64,000 nt of DNA from an uncultured Chloroflexia bacterium. GTDB taxonomy: Bacteria; Chloroflexota; Chloroflexia; Thermomicrobiales; UBA6265. The notes beneath the pieces were generated by a model. The model searched no databases. It worked only from the letters and a program-made list of their open reading frames with translations, and was not told the DNA's origin. Below, in pieces: positions 9,814-19,576 of this stretch. The DNA is taken from positions 512,001-576,000 of the forward strand of contig CAVRUC010000007.1 in assembly GCA_963724295.1 (NCBI GenBank), read 5' to 3'. Each line of letters starts with the position of its first letter. Within the stretch, counting starts at the first letter, position 1. The position numbers were made by a program, and so were the translations under genes.

Positions 9814-11221
9814 AGCGAGAGACGTGACGGACCACGGGGCGGCGCTTCAGGGTGACGCGACGAGTCATACGGCTCACGACTCTCCACCTCCGGCTGACGG
9901 CTCGCGGATCGCCGTCATTGGCGGCGGCATCACCGGGCTGACCGCCGCCCTCCGCCTGGCGCAACACGGGCATCAGGTCACCCTCTGGGAGCGTGGAGAG
10001 CGGCTCGGCGGACAAGCCAACGCCTTCCCGGTTGCGGGCACGGCGATCGAACGCTTCTACCATCATCTCTTCCAGAGCGATCGTGAGATCGTCGCCCTGG
10101 CGGAGGAGATTGGCATCGGCGATCGCCTGGTCTGGCTTCCCTCGAACGTCGGCTACTTCGCGGACGGGCGCATCTGGCCCCTGAACGGCGCTCTCGACCT
10201 GCTCCGCCTGGGGTTTCTGCCGATCCACGACCGCATCCGCGTCGGACTGGTCACCGCCTATCTCCAGCGCGTACGCGACTGGAAGCGCTTTGAAACAGTC
10301 ACTGCCGCATCCTGGCTGCGCCGGGCGCTGGGGTCCCGCGCCTACGACCGCACCTTCGGCGCGCAGCTGCGGGCGAAGTTCGGGCGCTATCACGATCAGG
10401 TGGCCATGGTCTGGTTTTGGGGCAAGATCTGGTTGCGGACGACATCGAGACGATCGCCGCTTGAAGGCGAGCGCCTTGGCTACTTTCAGGGCAGCTTCAA
10501 CGTCCTGATCGACGCCCTGGCTTGCGCCGCCCGAACCGCGGGAGCTGAGCTGGTCACCGGCGATGGACCAGCCGAGTTGAGACCACGTGACGGTGGCTGG
10601 GACGTCGTCCTCGACAGCGGCGTGGTCCCCGTCGACGCCGTCGTCGTCACCACGCCGTCACCCGTTCTGGCACGCCTGGTTCCCAGTCTCCCCGAGCCGT
10701 ATCGAGAGAAACTCGGCGGATTGGAGTATGAGGCGGCCGTCGTCGCCTTGCTTCAACTGACGCGACCCCTCTCCGACATCTACTGGCTCAATGTCGCGGA
10801 CGACGATCTGCCATTTACGGGGGTCATCGAGCACACCAACTTCATCTCCCCCGAGGAGTACGGCGGAAAACGGTTCGTCTACCTATCGAAGTACCTGGAG
10901 CCGGACCATCCCTACTTTTCGATGCCGGACGATCAGCTGATCGACGCCTACGTTCCATTCCTGCAGCGTATCAATCCCGAATTCGATCGTTCCTGGATCG
11001 AACGATCCTGGGTCTTTCGCGAACGGTCGGCTCAGCCGATCATTCCCCTCAACTACGGCCAGCGCATTCCGGCTCATCGTACCGGGCTGCCCGGACTTTA
11101 CCTGGCCAACACGACCCAGATTTATCCGGAAGACCGTGGCACGAACTACAGCGTGCGCCTCGGGAATCAGATTGCCGCGCTCGTCGCCGACGACCTCGCT
11201 AGCGAACCCGTTCGAGATTGA
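9803..11221 (+). CDS. FAD-dependent oxidoreductase (amine oxidase/protoporphyrinogen oxidase-like family)
   Basis: IAVIGGGITGL Rossmann motif, LGG, ERFYHH, YPEDRGTNY; start uncertain (9803 or 9824). Confidence 0.85.
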   Translation: MSPEARDVTDHGAALQGDATSHTAHDSPPPADGSRIAVIGGGITGLTAALRLAQHGHQVTLWERGERLGGQANAFPVAGTAIERFYHHLFQSDREIVALAEEIGIGDRLVWLPSNVGYFADGRIWPLNGALDLLRLGFLPIHDRIRVGLVTAYLQRVRDWKRFETVTAASWLRRALGSRAYDRTFGAQLRAKFGRYHDQVAMVWFWGKIWLRTTSRRSPLEGERLGYFQGSFNVLIDALACAARTAGAELVTGDGPAELRPRDGGWDVVLDSGVVPVDAVVVTTPSPVLARLVPSLPEPYREKLGGLEYEAAVVALLQLTRPLSDIYWLNVADDDLPFTGVIEHTNFISPEEYGGKRFVYLSKYLEPDHPYFSMPDDQLIDAYVPFLQRINPEFDRSWIERSWVFRERSAQPIIPLNYGQRIPAHRTGLPGLYLANTTQIYPEDRGTNYSVRLGNQIAALVADDLASEPVRD

Positions 11222-11234
11222 CGGCGGAGCGACG

Positions 11235-12026
11235 ATGACCCCGGCGCGCATCCCGCGTCTCGAGCTCCAGGACATCGTCTCGACCTACGAGGAGGCTGGC
11301 CAACGTCTCATCGCCCTCGATGGACTGAGCCTGACCGTTGGCACGGCGGAATTCGTGGCGCTGGTCGGGCCCTCGGGATCGGGTAAGAGCACTCTGCTCG
11401 ACATCGTCGCCGGGCTCATCACCCAGGACAGCGGCGCCGTTCGACTGGATGGTGAGGCGACCACCGCGAAGCAACGACTTGGCCAATCGGCCTACATGCA
11501 GCAGCGAGATTTGCTGCTACCCTGGCGAACCACCACCGGCAACGCCGCGTTGGGGCTCGAGGCGTCGGGGGTATCCCGTTCAGTAGCCGAGCACATGGCG
11601 GCTGCCGAGCTCTGGCGTTTTGGACTCGATGGCTTTGGCAACGCCTATCCGGCCCAGCTCTCGGGCGGCATGCGCCAGCGCGCGGCGTTTCTGCGCACCA
11701 TCCTGCCGCGCAAGGAACTCGTGCTCTTCGATGAACCGTTCGGCGCGCTCGACGCCTTGACTCGCTCGGAACTGCAGGCCTGGCTGGCTGGTTTGTGGGA
11801 GCAAGAGCGATCGTCGGTGCTGCTTGTGACGCACGATGTCGAAGAAGCCGTTTTTCTGGCGGACCGGGTGATCGTCCTCACGCCACGACCGGGCCGCGTC
11901 GCATTTGAATTGACGATCTCGTTGCCGCGCCCCCGGACACGCGCCATGATCGCGTCGCCGGAATTCATCCGGGACCGTGCCACCCTGCTCCAGGCGCTAG
12001 GACTGTTAAGCGAGCCGCTTCCATGA
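11235..12026 (+). CDS. NitT/TauT-family ABC transporter ATP-binding protein
   Basis: GPSGSGKS, LSGGMRQR, DEPFGALD. Confidence 0.92.
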   Translation: MTPARIPRLELQDIVSTYEEAGQRLIALDGLSLTVGTAEFVALVGPSGSGKSTLLDIVAGLITQDSGAVRLDGEATTAKQRLGQSAYMQQRDLLLPWRTTTGNAALGLEASGVSRSVAEHMAAAELWRFGLDGFGNAYPAQLSGGMRQRAAFLRTILPRKELVLFDEPFGALDALTRSELQAWLAGLWEQERSSVLLVTHDVEEAVFLADRVIVLTPRPGRVAFELTISLPRPRTRAMIASPEFIRDRATLLQALGLLSEPLP

Positions 12027-12805
12027 CCCTGGGCGGCCTCCAACGGCAAGCGGGCTGGGTTTTGCCGCTCCTCTTGATCGCCTTGGTCGTGGGCGTCTGG
12101 GAAATCGTGGTTCGTCTCTCGGGGGTACCGTTGTGGCTCCTGCCGGCGCCGAGCGACGTCGTGCGATCCCTGGTCGAGGATCGAGACATCCTGCTGCCGA
12201 ACGCTTTGGTAACGTTCACCGAGGTCCTGATCGGGTTCGCTTGCGCGGTGATCGCCGGTGTGGGGCTGGGCATAGTGGTCTACCGTTCGCCGACGCTCTA
12301 CCGGGCGCTCTACCCGATCATCATCGCCAGCCAGACCATCCCGATCCCCGCGCTGGCGCCGCTGCTCCTCGTCTCGCTGGGGTACGGTCTCGGGCCCAAG
12401 GTGATCGTCACCGCCCTCGTTGGATTCTTCCCGATCGTGGTCAACACCGTCGAAGGTCTGCACTCGACCGACCGCGACGTGGTCAATCTCTTGCGCTCCT
12501 TTGGCGCTTCCCGGGGAAAGGTCTTCCGGCTGGCGGAATTCCCGTCGAGCTTGCCCTCGATCTTCGCGGGCGCCAGGATCGCCGTTGCGATCTGCGTCAT
12601 CGGCGCGGTCTTTGGCGAGCTCGTCGGCGCCAGAGCCGGTCTCGGCTATCTGATGATCCGCGCCATCGCGCAGTTCGAAACACCACGCATGGTGGCCGCG
12701 ATCGTGTTGCTCTCCGTGATGAGCACGAGCCTGTTCGCTTTGGTCGGCCTCGTCGAGCGAGCGGTGCTCCCGTGGCGCAGATACTCCACCATGAGCCGCT
12801 CGTAG
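12023..12805 (+). CDS. NitT/TauT-family ABC transporter permease
   Basis: LPAPSDV, hydrophobic helices, GLGYL; ATGA overlap with the ATPase gene. Confidence 0.9.
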   Translation: MTLGGLQRQAGWVLPLLLIALVVGVWEIVVRLSGVPLWLLPAPSDVVRSLVEDRDILLPNALVTFTEVLIGFACAVIAGVGLGIVVYRSPTLYRALYPIIIASQTIPIPALAPLLLVSLGYGLGPKVIVTALVGFFPIVVNTVEGLHSTDRDVVNLLRSFGASRGKVFRLAEFPSSLPSIFAGARIAVAICVIGAVFGELVGARAGLGYLMIRAIAQFETPRMVAAIVLLSVMSTSLFALVGLVERAVLPWRRYSTMSRS

Positions 12806-12812
12806 CCCCGAG

Positions 12813-13601
12813 TCATTCGCCCAAAGCCGACGGGACCGCTCCGCTGGGCGACTGCCATACGCCTGGTTTGACTGCCACGTGCAGCGCCACCGTGCCCAGG
12901 CCGAGTCGCAGGTAGCGCACGTGGGAGAACCCAGCCTCGAGCATCATCTCGCCCAGCGTGTCGGCATCCGGGAACGCCGCCGCGGAAGCGGGCAGATAGC
13001 GGTAGGCATCCCGGTCGCCGCTGAGCAGGCCGCCAACGATCGGCACGACCCGAGCGAAGTACCAGTCGAAAACAGCCCGCAACACCGGCGCCCGGAGCGG
13101 CGTCGTTTCCAGACAAACCAGCGTTCCGGTAGGCCGCAGCACCCGCGCCATTTCGCGCAATGCCGCCGGGTAGCTGGGCATGTTGCGCAGTCCGAACGCC
13201 ACCGTCACGGCGTCGAACGACACATCCGGAAATGGCAGCGCCATCGCGTCGCCCTCGACCCAGGCGATGCGCCGGTCGCGAACCGCCGCGCCTTCTTTGC
13301 GGATCGCCGCATCCAGCATCGCCGCGGAGTAGTCGAGCCCAACTACGTCGGCGCCCGCGTCGCGAAGCGCGAGGGCAAGGTCGCCGGTACCCGTCGCCAC
13401 ATCGAGGACCCGCGTCTGGGTCCGGTTGCGACCGCGAAGCGCCTCGCGCACCGCCAGGCGCCGCCAGGCGAGGTCCCGGCCACCGGTCATCAGCCGGTTC
13501 ATGAGGTCGTACCGTGGCACGATGCGATCGAACATCTCCCGCACGTCAGCGCGGGATCTGATCGCTCCCTGGGTCGCCACCGGGCGGGGGTCTCGCTTCA
13601 C
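12813..13601 (-). CDS. menG: Demethylmenaquinone methyltransferase (UbiE/MenG)
   Basis: MFDRIVPRYDLMNRLM, VLDVATGTGD, AFGLRN, AYRYLP; GTGA overlap with menA. Confidence 0.92.
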   Translation of the reverse strand: MKRDPRPVATQGAIRSRADVREMFDRIVPRYDLMNRLMTGGRDLAWRRLAVREALRGRNRTQTRVLDVATGTGDLALALRDAGADVVGLDYSAAMLDAAIRKEGAAVRDRRIAWVEGDAMALPFPDVSFDAVTVAFGLRNMPSYPAALREMARVLRPTGTLVCLETTPLRAPVLRAVFDWYFARVVPIVGGLLSGDRDAYRYLPASAAAFPDADTLGEMMLEAGFSHVRYLRLGLGTVALHVAVKPGVWQSPSGAVPSALGE

Positions 13602-14503
13602 AGGATGATTCCGGCCCCGAGAGTCATGGCGAACCACAGGCAGAGCCGGGCTGTCCCGCCTAGTACCGGGTTCAACGCCCGGCCGCTAACGTGCCAGACC
13701 CGCCAGACCAGGAGGGTCGCCAGGGGAGCTGTCGTCAAGGACAGAAGCGGACCCGGCCGGGTCATCTCCAATGCCCACATCACGAGCGGCATGGCGTAGG
13801 CCATCGCGATCAACGCCGTGTACTCCCAACGTGTGGCTCCCCTTCCGATGCGGACGGCCAGCGTGCGCTTTCCCGCTACGCGGTCGGTATCGATGTCGCG
13901 CAAGTTGTTGACGACGAGGATGGCGGTGACCAGGCAACCCATCGAGATCGATGCGAGGAGCGCCAGCCGCGTGATGTGCTGCGTCATGACAAAGACCGTA
14001 CCCGCCACGGCCACGGGACCGAAGAAGACGAAGACGAAGATCTCTCCCAGTCCCAGGTAGCCGAACGGCTTCGGCCCCGCGGTGTAGGTCACGGCAGCCG
14101 CGATGGCAAGCAGGCCGAGCACCGCCAGGACCGGCCCACCGCGCCAGACGAGATAGAGACCGGGGACCGCCGCCGCTAGCAAGACCGCCGCCGTCGCCAA
14201 GACGATCTGCCGGGGCGGGATGAGACCGCCCTGCGTCACACGCAGCGGGCCTAGGCGATCTGCCGTATCGGCACCGCGCCGGAAATCGGCCACGTCGTTG
14301 GCCAGGTTCGCCCCGACTTGCAGGAGCAGCGCCACAGCGAATGCGGCGAGCGCGGCAACGAGATCGAATCCGCCCTCCGCCCGCGCCACGGCGCAGCCAA
14401 CCAGAACCGGCGAGATCGCGGCCGGAAGCGTCTTTGGCCGAACGGCGAGTAGCCATGCAGAGAGGGGTGCGACGGTTGCAGGTGAATTCATGGTGGTCGA
14501 CAT
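13598..14503 (-). CDS. menA: 1,4-dihydroxy-2-naphthoate prenyltransferase
   Basis: RPKTL, NLANDVAD, NNLRDIDTD...GKRTLAVR. Confidence 0.95.
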   Translation of the reverse strand: MSTTMNSPATVAPLSAWLLAVRPKTLPAAISPVLVGCAVARAEGGFDLVAALAAFAVALLLQVGANLANDVADFRRGADTADRLGPLRVTQGGLIPPRQIVLATAAVLLAAAVPGLYLVWRGGPVLAVLGLLAIAAAVTYTAGPKPFGYLGLGEIFVFVFFGPVAVAGTVFVMTQHITRLALLASISMGCLVTAILVVNNLRDIDTDRVAGKRTLAVRIGRGATRWEYTALIAMAYAMPLVMWALEMTRPGPLLSLTTAPLATLLVWRVWHVSGRALNPVLGGTARLCLWFAMTLGAGIIL

Positions 14504-14563
14504 GCGGACGATGGTACTGCGTCCGTCCTCCTGGCACGCGACCGGCACGGAGGCCGAACATTA

Positions 14564-14572
14564 TGGTATGAT
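14564..14572 (+). promoter_or_regulatory. Extended -10 promoter of ssrA
   Basis: TG-G-TATGAT about 10 nt upstream of the tmRNA 5' end. Confidence 0.6.
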
Positions 14573-14582
14573 TAGCGAGCTT

Positions 14583-14942
14583 GGGGATGTTTGGTTTCGA
14601 CAGGGTCGTATGTCAGGTAGGTGCGTGCCGAGGCGCCCGAGGCCTCGTAAAAACGGGCAACCAAGAGCTGCGGAATCTGATTTCGCTTTCGCTGCCTAAG
14701 TCACTGACCTCTAGGTAGCGCGTCTGTCCGGACCTCCGCCTTCCGGGACCGGGTACAGGCGTCACTCAGGAAGGATGCGGTGACCTAGTCCGCCGAAGCG
14801 CGGTCACCCAAGACAGTTCGGCTCACCACAGCGGGATCCCGTCGGTAGGAGACCGCGGTGGCACATAAAATGCCGACTACGCACGTAGGATGCTACCGGC
14901 CAGCGGTTCTGGACGGGGGTTCGAATCCCCCCATCTCCACCA
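14583..14942 (+). ncRNA. ssrA: tmRNA (transfer-messenger RNA)
   Basis: 5' GGGGATG pairs with 3' CATCTCC-A-CCA (G3:U). T-arm GGGGGTTCGAATCCCCC. Tag ORF 14670-14699 reads AESDFAFAA*. Confidence 0.97.
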
Positions 14943-14950
14943 ATTGCGTG

Positions 14951-14988
14951 ACGGCCCGCCACTCGCGACTTGCAGTGGCGGGTCGTTT
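14951..14988 (+). terminator. Hairpin terminator after ssrA
   Basis: ACGGCCCGCCACT...AGTGGCGGGTCGT followed by TT. Confidence 0.7.
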
Positions 14989-15148
14989 GCGTTGTGCCGA
15001 TCTTCCCCAGGACATGTTCCGAAGTGGCCGGCTTCTTGCTTTTCAGTGCGGCCAGAAGGCCTGGTCCTCGTCTGGCATGGCGGAGCGTCTCGTCGTCGCC
15101 AGCGCCACAGGTACTCCAGGTTCGTTTATCCGAGGATAGGTTCGGAAC

Positions 15149-16519
15149 ATGGCCGGCGCCGTCTCGCTGAGCTTGAAAACGATCGATACATCGCCCGGCG
15201 GCCGGATGGAGCTCGGGAAGCGATTGCGAGCGAGCCTGCCTCGGTCGGACCACGCCGACTACGTGCCTTCACCGGCACGCCCGGACCCAATCGCACAGTT
15301 ACGGCAGTCCCATCGCCGCCGCAGCACGCACCTCGTTTCCATCCGGTATGGCCGCATGGCTCGCTCGCCGTTCGCGTTCATGCGTGGCTCGGCGGCCATC
15401 ATGGCGCTCGATCTCGCGACCACACCGACAACCGGGTTGCTCGTTCAGCTCTGCGGTGATGCCCATATCGGCAATTTTGGCGGCTACGCCACCGCCGAGC
15501 GATCGCTTGTGTTCGATCTCAACGATTTTGACGAAACGCTGCCCGGTCCCTGGGAGTGGGACGTGAAGCGGCTCGCCGTCAGTGTGACCCTGCTTGGCCG
15601 TGAAAATGGACTGAAGGCTGCCACCTGCCGTCAGGCGGTCTGCGCCATGTCGCGGGCGTACCGCACGCGGATGCGGGAGCTCAGCGACAAACCATATCTC
15701 GATATCTGGTTCACGCCGACGCGCGCTGAAGCCGCGGTCGATGCCTCGGGGGATGATTCCTCACTTCTCGAGAAAGCACTCCACGATGGGCTGCATCGCA
15801 CCAATCTCGCGACGCTGCCAAAGCTCACCGACGAGCGGAACGGCCGACGGCGCTTTCGGGACGATCCACCAACCGTGACTCGTCGTGCGGACCGGCTGCG
15901 CCGGGATCTCGGCGAGGTGCTGGCGATCTATCGCCGCTCACTGACCATTGATCGGCGCCTCTTCCTGGATCGGTACACCGTCGCCGACGTCGCCCGCAAA
16001 GTGGTGGGTGTCAGCAGCGTCGGGCTTGGATCCTATGTCCTGCTGCTGGAAGGTCCCGGCTCTGATGATCCGCTCTTCCTCCAGCTCAAGGAGGCGCCAC
16101 CGTCCGTACTCGAGGCGCACTTGACCAAGAGCCCATTCCCACACAATGGCCAGCGGGTCGTAGCTGGACAGCGCATCATGCAGGCTGCCAGCGATCCGCT
16201 CCTCGGGTGGACGCAACTCGGCGGACGCGATTTCTATGTGCGCCAACTGCGGGACATGAAAGCCACGATTCCGATCGAGCGGTTCGATGCCGACGGGCTC
16301 GCGGACTACGTGGTGCTCTGCGCCAGCGTGCTGGCCCGCGCTCACGCCTGCTCGGGCGATGGAGCGCAGATTGCCGGATACCTGGGGCGCGGCGACCAAT
16401 TCGACAGCGCCATGGCCAGGTACGCGGAATCCTACGCTGACCAGGTCGAACAGGATCACCAGGCGCTGCTGGCGGCCATAGCCGACGGCAAGGTGCGGGC
16501 CACAGTCGAGGACGATTGA
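15149..16519 (+). CDS. DUF2252 family protein (kinase-like fold)
   Basis: RYGRM...FAFMRG, GDAHIGNFG, FDLNDFDE, GPWEWDVKRL, FLQLKEA, YVRQLRDMK. Confidence 0.92.
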   Translation: MAGAVSLSLKTIDTSPGGRMELGKRLRASLPRSDHADYVPSPARPDPIAQLRQSHRRRSTHLVSIRYGRMARSPFAFMRGSAAIMALDLATTPTTGLLVQLCGDAHIGNFGGYATAERSLVFDLNDFDETLPGPWEWDVKRLAVSVTLLGRENGLKAATCRQAVCAMSRAYRTRMRELSDKPYLDIWFTPTRAEAAVDASGDDSSLLEKALHDGLHRTNLATLPKLTDERNGRRRFRDDPPTVTRRADRLRRDLGEVLAIYRRSLTIDRRLFLDRYTVADVARKVVGVSSVGLGSYVLLLEGPGSDDPLFLQLKEAPPSVLEAHLTKSPFPHNGQRVVAGQRIMQAASDPLLGWTQLGGRDFYVRQLRDMKATIPIERFDADGLADYVVLCASVLARAHACSGDGAQIAGYLGRGDQFDSAMARYAESYADQVEQDHQALLAAIADGKVRATVEDD

Positions 16520-16526
16520 CGACCGC

Positions 16527-17003
16527 TCAGGTGGTTGAACCCGAAACCGGGGTCCCTTCGGTCGTCGCGGCGCCTGCGACGACTTCACGCTCGAGAATCT
16601 CCAGATCACCCGTCATCGTCCGGTGCACTGGACACTTCCCCGCGATCTCGATCAGGCGCGCCCGCTGGTCTTCATCGAGATTGCCTTGCAGCGAAATCTC
16701 CTGGACGATCCGCTCGGCTTTCGTGCGAATCAGCTCACCACCGATCTCTTCGCTGACGACCACTCGCTCGTGATTGGCGCGGACTGACACGCCATCGACC
16801 GGCCAGCCCTTGCGCCGGGCATAGAGCAGGATCGTGAGCACGGTGCAATGCCCGAGGGCCGCCAGCAAGAGCTCATAGGGATTCGGTCCCAGACCGTTGC
16901 CGCCCGAATCGACCGGTTCGTCACCGATCAGCGCCAGGTCTCCGGTATCGATCCGCGTCTGGTAGGTCGTCCCTGGCACATGGGTGACGGTTACCGATGC
17001 CAC
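16527..17003 (-). CDS. OsmC family protein
   Basis: DEP...GPNPYELLLAALGHC...KCPVHRT; GTG start after GAGGAG. Confidence 0.9.
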   Translation of the reverse strand: MASVTVTHVPGTTYQTRIDTGDLALIGDEPVDSGGNGLGPNPYELLLAALGHCTVLTILLYARRKGWPVDGVSVRANHERVVVSEEIGGELIRTKAERIVQEISLQGNLDEDQRARLIEIAGKCPVHRTMTGDLEILEREVVAGAATTEGTPVSGSTT

Positions 17004-17046
17004 GAGCGGCCTCTCCTCGACGCGGTCTGTGCGAAATGCATATGGA

Positions 17047-17871
17047 TCATCGGCGCTTGACGCCCTCGATTTTTGGTCGAAACAGCCACTGATCGGCGAT
17101 GTCGCCGTTGCCGAGATGTCTTGTAACGATCTCGGAAATCGCCGTCTTGTCGACAAGGTTGTAGAAGACCGGCCCCGGATAGACATTCAATGAGGGGCCA
17201 TAGTCGCAACGGTTGCGGCAGGTGGTGGCCAGGATCTCCACTCGATCAGAAAGCCCCGCCTCTTGCACCGCCCGCTCCAGAATCGGCATCAGGCTCCGGC
17301 TGCCGCGCTCGGTGCAGTTCGGTCCGAAGCAGAGGTGGACCCGATACTCGCGAGCCGCCGACCCAGCCGCTGCTGGCAGCTCATCCTCCGGCAACACCAG
17401 CCCCCACGGGAACCGCGCCGCGATGGCGTCACGGATCAAGCGGTAATCGTCCTCGCCGATTTCGTGCAGGTTGCCCTGAAAGGCGAGGGTCCAGTTGGCC
17501 GCCGGCCACTTCGCGACATAGGCCATTTGCCGAGCGATCGGCTCCGCCGGGACGGCGTCCGCCAAGGGCAATACGATCTCCGGCGCAATCTCGACCCGGA
17601 ACGGATAGTCCTCCGCCGCTTTCTCGGGATCACCGCTCTCCCAGATGCGCTCGTGGCTCTCGAAGTACGGGGATGTGATGGTGGCAATTCCGGCGAAAGC
17701 CTTGCGGCCGGTCAGGTAGTAGACGATCGTGTCTCCCGGCTTCATTCGCTCCGCCTTCTTGCGGTGACGTGATTTGAAGCCCTGGACGGTGAAGCCGTGC
17801 TCCGCCGTGCGCGCGAAGTTGTCGGGTGACCCGACGACGATCCAGTACGTCGGCATGGTTTGGTCAGTCAT
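17047..17871 (-). CDS. EVE domain fused to a thioredoxin-like [2Fe-2S] ferredoxin
   Basis: N-terminal YWIVV...MKPGDTIVYY...FAGIA...YPFRV (EVE). C-terminal CFGPNC...CRNRCDYGP...VYP...Y (Trx-like ferredoxin). AAGGAG RBS. Confidence 0.82.
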   Translation of the reverse strand: MTDQTMPTYWIVVGSPDNFARTAEHGFTVQGFKSRHRKKAERMKPGDTIVYYLTGRKAFAGIATITSPYFESHERIWESGDPEKAAEDYPFRVEIAPEIVLPLADAVPAEPIARQMAYVAKWPAANWTLAFQGNLHEIGEDDYRLIRDAIAARFPWGLVLPEDELPAAAGSAAREYRVHLCFGPNCTERGSRSLMPILERAVQEAGLSDRVEILATTCRNRCDYGPSLNVYPGPVFYNLVDKTAISEIVTRHLGNGDIADQWLFRPKIEGVKRR

Positions 17872-18100
17872 CCGGCTGTGGCTCCTTTTGCATCGGTTGC
17901 ACGCGCAGCAGATGCGATGCAGGGGGCGACATGAGGAGTATGTCACGCGCCGTCCAGCAGACGCCTTTGTCGTGTCGGAGAGGGCCTCTGCCCGAGTGCA
18001 TCATTCAGGCAAGGAATCGCGATTTTCCGGGATTTTCCATGCCGCGAACCCGGTACTATTGACATATCTCACGCCGGCCCCGGCGCACCTGGCAGACCGA

Positions 18101-19576
18101 ATGGTGGGAACCATCGTGGATCGCGAAACGCTGGTCGAAAAGCTGCGGAATATCGTCGGCGGAGACGCGGTCTTCTCGCGACCGGCCGACCTGCTCGTCT
18201 ACGAGTACGACGGTAGCGTCGACGGTGCTGTCGAGACCGCCGCGCCAAGCGCCGTCGCCCTGCCGACGACAGCGCAGCAGGTGGCGGAGATCGTCGTCCT
18301 GGCTCGCCAGGCTGGGCTGCCAGTGGTCGCCCGCGGGGCAGGCACAGGTCTCTCCGGTGGGGCTGTCCCACAGCAGGGCGGGATCATCATCAGCTTGACC
18401 CGCATGAATCGCGTCCTCGAGATCGACCGTGAAGACCGCACCGCGCTGGTCGAGCCCGGGGTCATCAACCTGGAGCTGTCGGAAGAGACCCTCGGGCATG
18501 GGTTCTTCTTCGCGCCCGATCCATCGAGCCAGAAAGCCTGCACCATCGGCGGGAACGTCGCCGAAAATTCCGGCGGGCCACACTGCCTCAAGTACGGCGT
18601 GACCACGAATCACATTCTTGGTCTGGAGATCGTCCTGCCTGACGGGCGCATTGTCTGGACCGGCGGCCGCTCGACCGGCCACTCCGGCTACGACCTCACG
18701 GGGGCCATGGTCGGGTCTGAAGGCATGCTCGGCATCGTTACCAAGGCATTGGTTCGGTTGACGCCGTCGCCCGAGGCCACGCTCGTCCTGCTCGCGCCAT
18801 TTCCCGACATCGAGTCGGCGTCCCACGCCACGTCTCGCATCATCGCCGCCGGGATCGTGCCCGCCGCGTTGGAGATGATGGACAACCTCACCATCCAGGC
18901 TGTCGAACCGGCCTATCACGCCGGCTACCCCATGGATGCGGGTGCGGTGCTCCTGATCGAGATCGATGGTGTTGCCGACGATGTCCGCGGCACCGGCGAA
19001 GAGATCGTGGCCATCTGCACCGAGTCGGGCGCGACCGAGGTGCGTTCCGCAACGGAGCGAGCCGAGCGCGACCTCCTCTGGAAGGGTCGCAAGATGGCCC
19101 TCGGCGCCATGGGCCGCCTCGCCCCGAACTACTACCTGCACGACACGGTCGTGCCGCGCTCCAAACTGCCGGCCACACTGCGCCGCGTCGAGGAGATCTC
19201 GCGCGACTTCGACCTGCCGATCGCCAATGTCTTTCACGCCGGTGACGGCAATCTCCATCCGCTGATGCTCTTCGATCGCCGGGTCGGCGGCGCGACGGAA
19301 CGGGTGCTCGAGGCGAGCAAGGAGATCATCACCTACTGCGTCGAGGTCGGCGGCGCCCTCTCCGGAGAGCATGGGATCGGAACCGAGAAGCGCGGCTACA
19401 TGACCCTGGTCTACACCGCCGACGATCTCGCGGCGATGGCGGGCCTCAAGAACAGCTTCGATCCCGCCGGGATGTTCAACCCGGAGAAGGTCTTTCCGAA
19501 GGGCTACATGTGTGGAGAGGTGCGCGCCCTGCGCATGCAGGCGATGGCCCAGAAGCTCGGTATCCATGCCCTTTAG
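18101..19576 (+). CDS. glcD: Glycolate oxidase subunit GlcD (FAD-linked oxidase)
   Basis: RGAGTGLSGG, PDPSSQ, ENSGGPHCLKYG, HAGDGNLHP, GEHGIG. Confidence 0.93.
   Translation: MVGTIVDRETLVEKLRNIVGGDAVFSRPADLLVYEYDGSVDGAVETAAPSAVALPTTAQQVAEIVVLARQAGLPVVARGAGTGLSGGAVPQQGGIIISLTRMNRVLEIDREDRTALVEPGVINLELSEETLGHGFFFAPDPSSQKACTIGGNVAENSGGPHCLKYGVTTNHILGLEIVLPDGRIVWTGGRSTGHSGYDLTGAMVGSEGMLGIVTKALVRLTPSPEATLVLLAPFPDIESASHATSRIIAAGIVPAALEMMDNLTIQAVEPAYHAGYPMDAGAVLLIEIDGVADDVRGTGEEIVAICTESGATEVRSATERAERDLLWKGRKMALGAMGRLAPNYYLHDTVVPRSKLPATLRRVEEISRDFDLPIANVFHAGDGNLHPLMLFDRRVGGATERVLEASKEIITYCVEVGGALSGEHGIGTEKRGYMTLVYTADDLAAMAGLKNSFDPAGMFNPEKVFPKGYMCGEVRALRMQAMAQKLGIHAL

Noticed and set aside
14943..16519. 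Island integrated at the tmRNA
   Set aside because: No integrase, and no second copy of the ssrA 3' end was seen. DUF2252 is a common stand-alone gene.
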